The position numbers and the translations under genes are program-made. Source: the human T2T-CHM13v2.0 reference genome, Homo sapiens. Taken from it: DNA of 64,000 nucleotides. Each line of letters opens with the position of its first letter. Positions within the stretch are counted from its first letter, which is position 1. The notes under the pieces were generated by a model that was not told the origin of the DNA, made no database searches, and saw only the letters and a program-made list of their open reading frames with translations. The DNA is taken from the NCBI RefSeq assembly GCF_009914755.1, contig NC_060934.1. One strand, 5' to 3'. Positions 15,368 to 29,988 of this stretch are shown piece by piece.

Positions 15368-16963
15368 GCATTTCTTCCCCTTTCTGTTCAATACAGCACA
15401 CTGATCCTTTCCTACTATGTGATGCTCCGGGCTGGTATGTAAATCAAGAGGCCTGCCTTCCCTAGCCAAAATGTGAACACAGCAGAGAGTTAGCAGGGTG
15501 TAAATGAATCCTACTGTCATTCCCAATAATTTGAACTGTGAGTACAATGACACAAGAATGAGAAAAATAAATGGACTTCATTCATTCAATTGGTGGTGCT
15601 CTATCAACATTGTCGATTTGTGCTTCCTACATAGACCCCTGAGGCTTTACTGCAGCATTTTTATAAACTAGTCTCATTCTCAAACCTTCTCAACATTTGT
15701 GTGGGCTAATATTCTCCAGAAAAGATCCTTTTATGATTAAATTGGCCACTATTGGTTTATGTTCATGCAACTACAGAATCATAATTTATAGCACATGGCA
15801 AGCATATAAGAAATATTTGCACTTATTCTTATAAACAGCAGTGGTAAATTCTACATTGTTTAGCCCTTTGGGGTGGTTTGCTTGAATTCTATATAGAATT
15901 ACAAAATGTTCCGCAGAGAAGTTCTCAAATAATTCTTGCTGTCATTCATGTAAGATAAGTAAGACACTACTTCGTGTGAGGTGCCACACATAAGTTCTAG
16001 GGAATACTTCATCACTTTTGAGCAAGCCAGCAAGAAAGCCCTTACCACAAGGAGGATATATTTTAAGAGAAAGAGAAATGTGAGTCAATCAGTTTTGATA
16101 GCTTATATGCAATGGACAGTTATCAGTCTGAGCTTACATTACATTTACTAACGTAAATACAAAAATCTTTGGGACATGGTGAGAGATGTCAGCATTAGCT
16201 AGCTGTGGGTCAGCTGTTTACTGCAAAACCTGCAAGGCTTGGGAACTGGGAGAACTGTTTGTTCTCAAGAGGAGACGTGAAACCCGAAATATCTCCCTTG
16301 AGGATGGGATTTTTTAATGTACAATTCTTTATATTTTTCACTAAAATCTATGTAATTTTCTTTCACAATCAACATAATCTGACAAAAATGAGCTGTTCCT
16401 CATAATATTGAGACATTCTTGGAAACATTTTGAGGAAGGAAAGCTTAGGAAAACACTATCAAGTTTCTGGCCAAAGAGTAGGGCTCCACACATCAGGATT
16501 TGAGGTATGAATAAAAATGAGGCATTTTTACACTCATCAGGTGATAAAGCAATTGTGTAAAAAAAAAAAAAAAAAAGAAAATTCTAGAATATAAATTATC
16601 TTTTAACGAATGAGAACAAATTACTTTGGAGATATTTGGTAGCTTCCTTAATCATAGTAGCTTTGAATGATATAGATGCCCGATTGTCAACAGAGATCAA
16701 AACTAAATCAGAAACTTAAAATGGCCCAATAAAATGTAAAGCTCCTTAGAAAAACAGCATTGCTATAAAGTCTCAAATACAGTAATGTGGGAGAAAATGA
16801 CACGCACAGCCTATGGTAAGGGATAAGAGCTGCAATATGGAGAAGTTTATCTTGGATTCTATTTTATTACCTCTACCTAAGCCACTTTTTAATAAAAATC
16901 ATCAACAGTTCACACCATAAAACATTTTGGACCTAGCCCAAGTGAGAAAAGTCAAATATATTT

Positions 16964-17164
16964 ATATATGTTTTTTGGCTTTTTAAGAGATTATTTATTT
17001 TTTATTATACTTTAAGTTCTGGGGTACATATGCAGGACGTGCAGGTTTGTTACATAGGTATACACTTGCTATGGTGGTTTGCTGCACCCATCAACCCATC
17101 ATCTACATTAGGTATTTCTCCTAATGTTATCCCTCCCCTAGCCCACCATCCCCCGACAGGCCCT
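16964..17164 (-). mobile_element. Short L1PA (about L1PA7) 3' end
   Basis: ttattatactttaagttctggggtacatatgcagg...; TSD aagtcaaatatattt at 16949-16963 and 17165-17179. Confidence 0.92.
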
Positions 17165-18049
17165 AAGTCAAATATATTTTATATGAGATCCATAGTACTC
17201 ACAAAATTTAATACATCTATGTAGACATTGTCAAATATAGGAAGACACTTACCATATTTCTTTGAATATACTGACCCTTTTTATATATTAATGCCTGTGT
17301 ATCAAAGTACATTTCATACACAGTTTATCTTCTCCTGAAATGTGATTATAAAATTGATACTCTACAACTGATGAAAAGCTAGTAATTGAAATGAAGTCAT
17401 TCTAATGAAGCAATAACACTAACATAGTTTTCCAATAAATATACTGTGAATGACTTAGCCTATGGAAAAAGGTTTTGAATAAAAATTATTATTTTCTAAA
17501 TATCTGAACTGTAAGATATTAGTTCTCTAAATCTATCTTTTTTCTTTTCCCTGGATTTGAATATCATAGCTCACTAAACATCTTTACAATTTGCTTCCTC
17601 TAAACACATTCTTTCTTCTGGAAATAAAATGGTGCTTTGAAAGAATATTACCAATAGGAAGACATATTTCAAACACGAGGTTCCTGCTTTCAATTACCTA
17701 ACAGCTGGTACTATGCGTTTACATTTAGAAAGACAAAACCTTACAAAGATGTATTATGCTTTTTCAAGTAATTTAGATTTGTCACAGTGCAAGAAAAACT
17801 CATTGGCAAATAATTCAAATAGGCTTGTAAGTCTCAGAGATAAGGGGCTTTAAAAAAAGCAAAATACATTCTTTAATAAGCAAAGTTATGAGACAGATCT
17901 ATAAAATAGAATTGAGAAATCTTTCAAAGTATTCCATGCAGAACAGCTGATTTAGTAACCTACTGTGAAAAGAACTATTGATACTCCAATAGCAGCGGTG
18001 ATACAGTGAAAAGGTAAATTTTGAGGATGCGATATGACTGCTTGATCTA

Positions 18050-18250
18050 GTAGTACAATACTGTGAACAAGCATGGACTTTGCAGCTAGACGTATTTAAG
18101 TTCCAGTTCTGACTCCATAATTTACACTGCTGTGGTTCACTTAAAACTCTGTGAGCCTCAGTTTCTATATCTTTAAAATTAGGCTAATAATGCCTATGTA
18201 AGTGTTGTGAAATGCTCAGAAATATAAACTAAAATCAATGCTATTGTTTT
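18050..18250 (+). mobile_element. MIR
   Basis: Core cacttaaaactctgtgagcctcagtttctatatctttaaaattaggctaataat. Confidence 0.75.
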
Positions 18251-19549
18251 CCTGTCATCTGGCAAAGAGTATTGCTCCAATTTTATGTGTCAAGTAATGT
18301 AAAACGTAAAAGTACTAACCTACCAAATCTGTTCTTTTTCTAATTGATTACAGAAGAATCCATTAACTTTAGTGGCAAGAATGTCTGTTATCTCTCAATT
18401 GTTCTCTCCCTTCAGGCTGATTTTTTTGCTAATATCTTTGGTGCTGAGATAATCCAAAAGAGAACCCCCATCTCCTTTAGTGGCAGAGCTGGCACAAGCT
18501 TATACACGACCTCAGGGACCTAAGAACTAGCCCACCAAGCTTGCTACCACTGGAGTCCCCAACACATCCAGTGGTAGTACTGCCACACACAGGAGAGCTG
18601 GCCAGCCCAATATCTTTCTCTCCAGCAAGGCCTCACCACAGTCTCTACAAACAACTGTAGTCTATGCTACCAAGACACTCACCCATACCACTGATGTTAA
18701 TTGAAGTCAGAGAAATCACATGGAGACTATACTAATGTGCCCACCAGAACCCAAGCCAAAGCACTCTACCAAACCAACACTCTAGGACACATCTACAGGA
18801 AAAAAAGTCTTTTCCTATAAAAGCTACTCCATAAAATTGGAAGAAGAAACTATTCCACCAGTTGCACAGATATCAATGGAGGGATACAAAACAGGTAAAT
18901 GCAAGGAAACGTGACACTTTCAAAGGAACAAAATAATTTTCCAGTAAGAGAACCCATCTCTAAAAGGAAATCTATGGAATGCTTGAAAAAGAATAATAAT
19001 AATTAACAAAGAAACAGATACAAGAAAACACAGAAAAAATGTTTAAATAATAAGAAAAATAATTTATGATCTGAATGAGAAATTCAACAAAAAGATAGGT
19101 ATCATGAGAAAAAATCGAGCAGAAACTCTGGAACTGGAAAATTCAGTGACTGAAATGATAAATACTACTGAGGGCTTTAACCATAAAGTAGGAATTTTTT
19201 ACTTGAAGACATCTTTTGAAATAACCTCATCAAATAAGGAGAAAGAAACAAGGAAAGAAAGAATGATGAAAAGGAAAAAAGAAAGCAAAGTAAACATAGT
19301 AAAGAAAGCCTGTGAGACATATGGAACATCATTCAGCAAATAAATATTTGCATTATGAAGTTTCTGATGAAGATAAGAATTCATAGAAAACGTGCTTAAT
19401 AAAGTAAGAGCTGAAAAATTCCCAAGTCTTCAGAGAGATATGGACTTCCAGAGTCAGAAAGATTAAAGATTTCCTAGTAGATTCAACCCAGAGGGTTTTC
19501 TTATCGATACTTATAGTAAAACTATCAAAAGTAAAAGACAAAGAGAATT

Positions 19550-20145
19550 ATGGATACTGGAGTCTCCAAAGTGGGGAGGCTGGGAGGGGAATAAGAGAGA
19601 CAAAAAGCCACATATTGGGTACAATCTTCACCACTCAGGTGATGGGTGCACTATAATCTCAGACTTTACCAATTGTATTAATCTGTTTTCATAATGCTAT
19701 AAAGAACTGCCCAAGACTGGGCAATTTACAAAGAAGAGTTTTAATTGACTCAGAGTTCAGCCTGGCTAGGGAGGCATCAGGAAACTTACAATCATGGCAG
19801 AAGGCAAAGGGGAAACAAGGCACCTTTTTCACACGGCGGCAGGAAGGAGAAGTGTCAAGTGAAGGGAGAAGAACTCCTTATTACACCATGAGGTCCTATG
19901 GGAACTCACTCACTATCATGAGAACAGCATGCAAGAAATTGCCCCCAGGATTTAATTAGCTCCACCTAGCCTCTTCCTTGATACATGAGGGTTATAGGGA
20001 TTATGAGGGTTACAGTTCAAGATTAGATTTGGTTGAGGACACACGGCCTAACCATATCTCCACTATACAATTTATCCATGTAATCAAAGACCACTTGTAC
20101 ACCTAAAGCTACTGAAATTTTAAAAAATAAAAAAATAAATAAAAA
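19550..20145 (+). mobile_element. L1PB-type 3' end nested in the L1M
   Basis: attgggtacaatcttcaccactcaggtgatgggtgcactataatctcagactttacc...ctatacaatttatccatgtaatcaaagaccacttgtac followed by A-rich tail. Confidence 0.8.
19674..20059 (-). mobile_element. THE1 (THE1D-like) solo LTR
   Basis: tgtattaatctgttttcat...ggaaacttacaatcatggcagaaggcaaagg...ctaaccatatct; 5-bp TSD ccaat/ccact. Confidence 0.92.
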
Positions 20146-23100
20146 GATCTTAGAATAATAATAATAAAAAAAAAAAGCAAGAGAAAAGTGTTGTCACATG
20201 TAGGGGAATTTTTACCAGACTAAGAGCAGATTTCGCGGTAGAAATGTAACAAGCCAGGAATAATGGGATAATAGATTCAAAGTGCTGAAAGAAAAAAATA
20301 AAAGTTGGTCAAAAATACTATGTCCAGCAAAGCTACTGTTTAGCCATGAAGAAGAAGTAAAGTCTTTCCTATATGGACAAAAACTAAGAGAATCAATTCA
20401 TCACCACTAGATTGGCCTGAAAATAAATGCTTAAGGGAGTCCAACATCTGGAAGCAAACAGATGATATCTAACATCATGAAATCATGCAAAAGTAGAATT
20501 ACTGATGGAGAAAAATGTAATCCAAGGAAAATTGTGGTGCTATGATCAGAAGGCAAAAATAAATACTGGGAAAAAGGCAATATATATTTGTATAACTCTG
20601 CATAATCATATAATATATTACTGCTTTTTGTTTTGTTTATATCTTTATACATGCTGGTTTTGGTCTTGAATAATCTGAAGATGAATCTATGTGAATGAAT
20701 TAATTTTTATATATTTTATTTTTTCTACCTCTGACTTCACCCAGCTCCCAACCCCCATCGCATACTGAACCCATTAATGGCTTCATTTCCATCATGTCAG
20801 TCATCAGTCCTTCTCTAAGCCCCAAGACATCCCTGACCAAGACAGGAAGTGTGCCTGCATTTCAGAACGGAACACAGAGTTCATCTACCCGATATGACCC
20901 AAATATCAGATCAGAAGAAGATACAGAGCAGGCAAAACACAAAAAGGAAAGGCAGCATAAAGTCAGTTCCATTTTATAAAAATGCCTTTCTTTTTTACTC
21001 TTCTTGGAAAATAACTTCTTGTTCTCAAACTTTTGGTGATCAGAAAAAAAAAATAACTTTATTTTTTTCTTTCTGATACATAGGAGCCTGGAGCCTGCCT
21101 CAACATTTTTTTCTCTTATTGTTCTACCTAGCTGCATACCTCAGTATTAATACTAGAATAAAATGTATTTTGCTTTTCTTTCACAATCCCCTCCTCCTTT
21201 CTTAAGCTTCATATTTTAGCTCTCTAATTAACTCCCAAGTAGGGTAATACCTAATAAGCATTATGTATACAATTCCTGAGAGACTATTTAAGAAACAACC
21301 CATAGAGTTATCCCTTGCATACCTTTGATGAGTTTCCTGGATCCCCTTTTGATCTGGATTAATTAATGTTCCTGAGGGAGTGCTGATTTTCTAGCATTCT
21401 TCCACCTTTGATGCAGAATCTCAAAATTCCCTTGTACAATAACTTTGGGTAGCAACATGAACGCAAATGGCTGTTCAGATTTCAAGACCTTCTATACTAA
21501 TTCTTTGTAAACTTAGGCTGAGACAAGGGGGAAAAAAGCATGTAGCACCCTGGATAAATCTTAAATTCTGCCATCAGAGCTAAGATTTACCGTCATCTGT
21601 TTCTGCAGAGACAGACATTTTTTTTTAAAAGGCATCCTATGCTTGACTCTAAATCCTCACTTATATCTTCATCACCATCTAGAGATGGAGCACCTCAGGG
21701 AAGTTCCAGGGATTGCCATCAGCACCCCCTTCTCTCTGATACGTTGTTAAAGGTTTCCTTTCTAATAAATAATTTATTGAGTTCCTAGAGCTATAGACTG
21801 AAGTGTTTATTTTGGATTCTACATTTTTTCATTCAATAAATGTATTGAGTGTCCACACTTATGATATAATATGCACTTATACTTCTCCAGGTAAAGTAAT
21901 ATAAGAAATTGTACTGATTGGTGCAATTACTGAAAGTGAAAGTCCCATAATCACCGTCAGTTATAATTCTGTGCTTTTAGAATATATGACACAAAACCGG
22001 CAGCTTGATGAGAGCATAGCAGTCATGCATTCATCTGTATATCAATGCTAGGATAATATCATCTGAGGAGTCCATAGTTAAAGTCTCGAATGTAGCTTTT
22101 GAATGAATCATATATGACATACATAATCAGCAAGAACAGACACATGATTCTACTACTTCACTCTATTCCACCAGTTAAAGTTTGAGCTCCTAGGAGAAGA
22201 TCTTTCATATACAAGACTTTTCCAAAATAACAGATAAAAACATAGACACAATAGTCCCAAAAATATTTTCAGAGAATTCAGGCAAGTTATTTTTCAAGTA
22301 TCCATGATAATGCTCTGTTTATAGAAGTCAAAGACATAAAGTACAGATTATTCACAAGAAACAGCTGTCTTGAGAAACAAATCTGATTTATTCATTTAAT
22401 AAACATTTGTTGGCACCATGCAGGTCAGTACTGTTGGGAATATAGTCATAAGAAAGATACGTTTTTATTAAAGCAGAATTTTAAATGAAGGGTATGCTTT
22501 GTGGAATAGGATTTTATAGATCTTTGAATTTATGTCAATACAATGAAATGACAAACCGTAGTTTCTTATCATTTAGTCTTCAATATATGACTTTAGGTTT
22601 TCTTCTTATCAATCTGTTCCTGTTACTAAGAAAACAATTTATAGTATTTTATAATAATGAGAATAAAATCAAATAGGGTATGGCAGGTCTTCATATTATT
22701 ATTACAATTGTTCTTTTATAACTTGTATCCATTGCAATTTTCTTTGCTAATTTCCTCAAAAGTTAACTATGTAAAGATATTATATTTCTATATAATATCT
22801 CTAGATTTGTTTGTTCTAGGTTTTACTTGTCTAACCTAGAAGATTATCCTACAAAGTCCATGGCCTTTAATTATCTAACTTTGAAGGTATCATCTTTAGA
22901 TAGAATGCCAATTTTGATTCTAAAAAACTTGATCTTGCTGTACATGTGAATCACATAATGCAGTTAATTGGTTCATTAATTATCTATAAAAATGTGGAAA
23001 AAGTCCTAAATGGTTGACAAATATATGCTAAAAGCAGGGTATAAATATAGGCCAACATTTAAAAGGTTTCCAAAATATTCTACATAAAGATAAAAAGGAA

Positions 23101-24039
23101 AAAAAAAACAATTTTTACAAAAACCATCTTAATGTATGCTTTGTGACAGTTACACAAATATATAAAGTGTATGATACAATCCTTTATCTAAAAGCATTTA
23201 TTTTTCAAGTTTTGAACTTGACTTTTTAGAAAATATGTCTAAGGTTTTACATATCATTATGTGATAGTCAACAATAGTGTCAAAATTCTAAACAATTTGA
23301 TTCAATGTGAGAGGCTACTGCAATGTTTCTCACTTCAGTTACTCTTAAGTATTCTCTTCTGCAAGGCAAGTTACACTACCTCTATATTATCTAAAAGTGA
23401 CTCTTCTCCAGGCATCAAGAGTGCAGAACATGACAGGATGAGCCAGTATGGACTTTTCACCTTCCCTTCATGGGGCAGAAAAACATTCAGGAAATCAGAG
23501 ATTTTCAGTTTAATCATCAGGGCATGAACCTCAGGGCTCAAAGCTGCTGAGAGCCAACATACGGATTTTGAGGACAGATTCAACTAGCAAAGCCAATGGA
23601 GAGATGCATCCCAAATTCACGTTTGAGCCTTAAGTTCAGCGAAGCTTGTAGCAAGCCAGTTATATATCACTAGGTTTTCAATTAGTTAGAACAATAAATT
23701 TATTTATCTTCTCTTTTGAATAAACTTATTTAGGCAGAAAGAGAGTATCCGAGAGAGCGTGAATAAACAGCATGAGAAAACTTGGAATATCTTAGCAACG
23801 CAATGACACCATAAGACTGGCAGCACTGTAGAGAAAACAGAGTAAGAAAGAAGAGAGGCACAGGAAGGGGAGAAACAAAAAATAGGAAGGGTGACCATCA
23901 GGTGAAAAATAATGAGAACTTTCAGGAACATATGGGAGGAAGGTTTGACTCTAAAGCTATTAAGGGGATAGAATTAACAGGAAAAAATATAGCATTTGAA
24001 ATACGAGCAGAAACAAACAGGGATAAAACAGGGCTGATA

Positions 24040-24680
24040 TATGGGTTTCAAGCTTGTAATATGATATTAGATGTTATTAGTAGACGAAATAAGATTATAA
24101 TGAAGAAAAATTAGAGGTTAGGAAGCAGGGATGGAGAAGAGATCATGAACTTAGTTTTACACCTTATGAATCTGAAATAATCATGGGATATCCAAATGAA
24201 AGTTCCAAGAGACAGTTGGTTATGCAGGTCTGAGCTATGGAATAAAATTTGGAGATGTCAGAGATACAATTTTAGCTGCCATCTATAGACAGAAATTAGT
24301 TAAGAATTTAACGGTAGATAAAATAAATCAGAAGTAATATGGAAGGCTGGAGGGGAAAAAAATAAGAAAGTATATCTGAGAACATTAACGTGTGAGATAT
24401 ACATAGAGTAAGAAGAGCTTGAAAGTAAACCTAAAATCTGTCTTCAGTAATAAGATTTAAAATGTAAATAATTATAAACAAAAAATAAACAAAAGGTGAA
24501 ATTTATGCTATGTAAAAGTAGGCAGAGGAGAGATTCTAAGATGGGGGAAAAGTCAGCAATAGCAAGTAATGCAGATGGGTCAAATCTTCCATTGAGTTTA
24601 GCAAGTCATTGGTGACAACTGGTATGGGGCATCTCAGAAAAATAGTAAAGGTGGAAGTAAGATTGCAGTAGAGAAAGTGG
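24040..24680 (-). mobile_element. L2 fragment
   Basis: Purine-rich L2 antisense motifs (gggatatccaaatgaaagttccaagagacagttggttatgcaggtctgagct; tttagcaagtcattggtgac). Confidence 0.7.
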
Positions 24681-24776
24681 AATTGCATTAATAATTCACT
24701 CAATGGGTCATCGAGTTTGAAGTTGAATTCAAACTTATGAATCTAATTCTTTATAGAATCAAGGTCCTCTAGAAAC
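24553..24776 (+). repeat. Source copy of local ~225-bp duplication
   Basis: About 90% identical by eye to 27052-27273. Confidence 0.93.
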
Positions 24777-26859
24777 TTGGTCATTTCCTATATGAAACTT
24801 TCAAAGAAGATATTTATATTCCCCATGAGAATAATACTAACTACATGGAATATGGGGTCACATTGAATGTCTCAGGAATTGTTGCTGATTTTTTTTCTAT
24901 GAGAAAGCATAAGTACGTCTAATATAGTGAATGGCTCCCAAAACATTCATATTTAAAATTCATTTGACAACCAATATATAACATAACATTTATAAGAATG
25001 TCTTTGGTATGACCAACACCAAAGCAAATACAAAAACAAAAATCCTTAAAGACATACTATGTGTGAATGTTATAAGTTATCCAAAAATCTTGTTTCTATT
25101 TTGTCCCTTGTTAAATTTTTACCCTATGACTTGCTGAGAAGCTGCAGGAGAGAGAATTTCCTGATGAGTTGTCTAACAGCTTATTCTTTCCTCCTGCTAT
25201 GTCCTCAACATCTATGTTCAATATTAAATTGCACTGCAGCGGAGATGACTGTGTGTGTGTGTATGTGTGTGTGTGCTTTAAGCAAAAGACAGAGGCTTGA
25301 GTGATTTAGTAGCTACAAATATAAATCACTGACAAGCAATTAACATATACTTTGGTTCAAAACCAAATATTTCCTTAGCAACAATCATAATCACTATTTT
25401 ACAGTGAAAATTGGCATATTTATGATATGTTGACATTAAGATATTCAGTAAGCATATTGATGTTTAAATTCCATGTTTAAATGCAACTATTTATAAATCA
25501 ATCATCCCACAATCACCTTTTCTTAATTTTGAAGTGCAAATATGTGAGTTTAAGATTTTAGATTGACCAAAGTGCTTATTTGTTTTCTTCCACATAGCTC
25601 AGTTTAAAATTTGTAAAAAGTATTAAACCACAGGAAAGAAAAGTGATAAAAGCAAATATGTGATTCAGCAAGTTTCTTAATGTTTGAAAGTAAATGGAAG
25701 GTCATAATTATTTAAAGCAGAATACAAAAATATCACATTGAAAATGGCAAAATTGGGTGAGTATGGATAACATACACTATCAAATTGACTGGAGAAAATA
25801 CAACAAACTTAACAAATAAGGGTAGCATGAAAATCAAGAAAGATTAGTGGTGTCAGTTAAAATATTAAATAAAAGTATAGGTAAATTAGGGGGATCCTTC
25901 CCCAAGTTCTGAGCAATTTTCCCATAAGACTTCTCCTTCCCCATAACTAAGATTTTATTTTCTGAAGAAATTGTCAGAGAGCCACCAGACTTTTAAGTCA
26001 AAGAAAGTAAGGCCAATTCTTTGCTTGAGTACAGGAATGTCTACCTGCTGACAAGCTCTGCTCATACACAGAAGATTTCCAAAGAGCATCTCAGTGCCCA
26101 GCCACTAGTGACAGTGACAACTATCTATTAAAAATCCACACACACATTTTTACATATGTATATATTTACATATATATATATACCTATATATGTAAAAAAT
26201 ATATATATGTATTTCCCTCATCTTTTAGAACACAACAAGAGTATTTATCTCAACTTCCCAATAGTTAAACTTGGCCTTGTGACTGAGTTCTAGACAAAGG
26301 CAGGTGAGAAGTCCCATGTGCCACATCCCATCCTATCTTGATTTATGAAACCTTCTTTGCAGGCTGCTTATTTTTTTCCCGCAGAAAGTTGTCTGGGGTA
26401 ACAAATCCTCTGAGCGAGCTTGGAAGCCATGTGTTGCAGATCATTCCCCTGGCCCCAAGGTCCTGTTGACTTAAAATCCACCCACACAGAGATACATGAA
26501 AAATAATAAACACTGAACAATTACACGTGAAGATATATATGTTTCCATTGCCTACATACTCATCTAATAATTTAATGTGAATGGAGAAGCAGGATTAATC
26601 AGCCTCTTTGAATAAAACCTGAAACCCTAAAAATGGAAAATAAAACAGAATAAAAAATAAAAGGTGGGAATAGGGAGAGGAAATAATAGAGAGGTAGCTA
26701 AATAAAACTGCTTTAAAATAAACATCCTCACAAAGATAAGAAAATATAATTTTAAAAAAGCAAATGACTTAGAGGATAAGAATGAGATCTTGAGAGAAAA
26801 ATATTAAGACCCACAAACAAAAATAACAATAACAACAAAAATACTCAAAATACTCCTAG

Positions 26860-27830
26860 ACCAATTATCTTTCAATCCTAACACAGCACCTGAACTGCTT
26901 TTCATGTTTACTAATAACCTCCATTTTTGAAACCAGTAATTATTTATCAGTTCCTGTCTTTTTGGAATCATTAATGGTATTTGAAACAATTGATCCTTAT
27001 AAGGGCCCAGAGCTCTTCTTTTCTTAAAATAAAAGAAATATGAGGTAGTACTCAGCAATCAAGTAGTCCAGATAGGTCAAATCTTCCATTGAATTTAGCA
27101 AGTCATTGGTGACAACAGGTATGGGGCATCTCAGAAAAATAGCAAAGGTGGAAGCAAGATTGCAGTAGAGAGAGTGGAATTGCATTAATAATTCACTCAA
27201 TGGGTCACTGAGTTTGAAGTTGAATTCAAACTGGAGAATCTAATCCTTTATAGAATCACAGTCCCTTAGAAACCTTGACCTCTTCTTTTCTTAAAATTTA
27301 AGGTCCACAGACCTTTTCTTTTCTTAAAATTTATATCCAGCCCAACTTCTCTTCTAAGCTCTAAACTTGCAGGGTTATCTAATTTGTATGCATTATACTC
27401 ATCTCAAACGTAACATGTTTAAAAATGAGATCTTAATTTGCCTTTCTAAGCTCATGCTAATCTTCCCATCTCAGTGACAATTTTAAAAATCCTGAAGTCA
27501 TCCAATCTCTCTCTCTACTTCATATCTCACATTTAAGCCATCAATACATTATGGTGATTCTATCTTTAAAATGTATTCAGAATCAAAACCACTTCTGACC
27601 ACCGCACTGCTAATACCTTAGGCTGAGCCACCATTTCTTTGTGCCTAAATTATTGCTTGGGCTCCTTAATTTCTCATTTCTGCTCTCATCTACCTGTTGA
27701 CTATTTCCACAGAGCAGGGAGAGTAGCACCTTTACAATGTGCATTAGGAAGACTTCTGATTTCATTAAGAAGCCCCTCTTGTTACAACACAAAAGCCCTG
27801 TACACAACACAATTAATGAGCATAGAATGA
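26860..27830 (+). mobile_element. L2 fragment interrupted by the duplicated segment
   Basis: Pyrimidine-rich L2 motifs (tatatccagcccaacttctc; catctcaaacgtaacatgtttaaaa; aaaatcctgaagtcatcc). Confidence 0.7.
27052..27273 (+). repeat. Inserted copy of 24553-24776
   Basis: Direct copy flanked by ctcttcttttcttaaaat at 27013-27030 and 27280-27297. Confidence 0.93.
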
Positions 27831-28215
27831 CCCTGAGAAGTAGAAAGAACAAGGTGAACTGGCTAGAGACCTAAGGGCCAACAACAACATGGCAGTGAGC
27901 CCTCTGGGTTTCCTTATTCTGGCCCATAATCTGGGGCAGGGCTCCAATATGGACTGGAATATAGATGCAGGTCCAAAAAGCTCCAAGAAAAATATCTTTA
28001 CTCTAAACAAAGGACCAGAAAAATGGTGGTCTAAAAACAGAAAAAGTTTTGGGAAATACTTGCCTACTCCAGCCAAATACCAAGGACAAAAATTGCACCA
28101 TCTCTACCCCACTAGTGACTTCAGCAATGTCAAGTAGGGAGCAGATTTTTCACAAATGACAACCTTGCTTCTGAGAAAGCAGGTAGCTGCCACTAAATTC
28201 ATCTACTCAAGGAGC

Positions 28216-28670
28216 TGTGATGAATGGTTTTGTGTGTCAACTTGACTGGGCGATAAGATACCCGAATACTTGGTTAAACATTATTCTGGGTGTGCCTGTA
28301 AAGGTGTTTCTGAATGACATTAACATTTGAATTGGTAAACTGAGTAAAGCAGACTGACAACCCAAGTGTGGATGCGCTTTATCTAAACCACTGAAGTCCC
28401 GAACAGAACAAAAGTTGCTCTCCCTACCTGTCTTCAAGCTGGGACGTGAGTCCTTTACCATCAGACTTGAACTCAGACTGGATCAATACCATCAGTATTC
28501 CTGGATCTCCAGCTTGCTGACTGCAGATCTAGGGACTTCTCATTCTCTGTGATTACTTGGGACAATTTCTTGTCTATCTATCTACAGATAGACAGACAAA
28601 TAGGTAACCTATTTGTCACCTATCTAATTTCCTATTCATTCTGTATCTCCAGAGAACCCTGACAAATACA
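28216..28670 (+). mobile_element. MLT2 (ERVL) solo LTR
   Basis: tgtgatgaatggttttgtgtgtcaacttgactgggc...ctccagagaaccctgacaaataca. Confidence 0.9.
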
Positions 28671-29932
28671 GTAATATAGCCAGGTTGAGCACTGGCAGGG
28701 TGGGATCTTATATCTCATTCACTACCAGAAAGAAGGAAATGTACTGAGTCCCCCATTCCCAACTCCTACCCATATCATGCTGTTAGCAGAGTCCTCCACC
28801 TGGACCACCAGGTGAGCTAGGTGAGCCTCTATTCCTACCCAGTACCAAGCTGACTTAATTAAGGAGGCAATATGAGGATGATCTTGTCAATTGTAGGCTC
28901 CACTCCACTACTCCATGTCACCACCAGCACCCAATATCAGTAGGCTCAGGGGAACTGAACCTTCATCCCCACCTGGGCATCAATGAGATTGAAACTGTGT
29001 TGCAAGTCTAGGCTAGTTAGCACTGCGCTTTATCCCCACCCTTGGTGTCAGGGATATTGAGTAGCTGAGCCTCCACACCCATTCTGCAGCAAAAAAGTAT
29101 TGCAAGTCAATTCTCTATTTTCAATATCTCTGGTGGCTCTGGGATACAGGAGGGAAGCTGAGATTTTATACACCCACCCAGAGGCAATGAGGCAGTATAA
29201 GTCTGGGTCTTAAAACTGCTGAAAGGAGGACTGCCATTCTGAAAAATCATGGAATTTAGTGGCCAGCATTTTTGAAGACTTAGAAAAATTTATTTTTCTA
29301 AGTCAATTTATCTATTGACTATCATGATCTGTGGAATGTCTCAAAAAAATTTAAAGATACAGGTTCAGCAAAGTAAGCTGAAAAAGGCATGAATTAATGA
29401 TAGAAAAATAAAAAATTAGAAAAGAATCACAATCTATTTTTGCATATTGTAGTAAAGTAGCCATAATTTATATATGTATATATATGCTTATATATACATA
29501 TATACACACATATATATACATATATAAACATATATATACATATATATACACTTGTGTATATATATGTAAAACTGTGCTTAGAACTTGGGGTAGGATAAAA
29601 AATGAGCTGATGGTATAAAATAACCAAATGTTAAATAGCGTAATAGGAAGAAAACAATATCTTGAATCAGTAAATCAAAAGATAACATCATAATCATGTT
29701 ATTTAAAAATATGTGAATAAATAAAATAAGAAACATCACAAAAAAGGGTTTACAAAGTTGTATAGGAAAACTTGACTAAGGGGCAGGAATGTGTTCTTTT
29801 TTTTTTCATTATACTCACAATTTAATGTTCTTTTTTGAAAACAATGCACAGCTATTTCTTTGATTAAAATAATCATGAATTCTAAGAAACTGCTTTGAGA
29901 TATATATATATTTCCTTTAAGATATATATTTC

Positions 29933-29988
29933 TTTCCTTTAAGATATATATAAGATATATATATATCTTATATATATCTTAAAGGAAA
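29933..29988. repeat. Perfect 56-bp AT-rich palindrome
   Basis: tttcctttaagatatatataagatatat followed directly by atatatcttatatatatcttaaaggaaa. Confidence 0.95.

Larger units (their letters stand above)
18480..20520 (+). mobile_element. Old L1M 5'UTR/ORF1 remnant carrying nested insertions
   Basis: A-rich degenerate ORF1 (ORF 19104-19343 is coiled-coil-like; gaaaaattcccaagtct; agactaagagcagatttc...caagccagga). Confidence 0.8.

Noticed and set aside
15134-15553. Five overlapping ORFs rich in Y/I/T/H/V/C
   Set aside because: Translation of the TA/CA minisatellite
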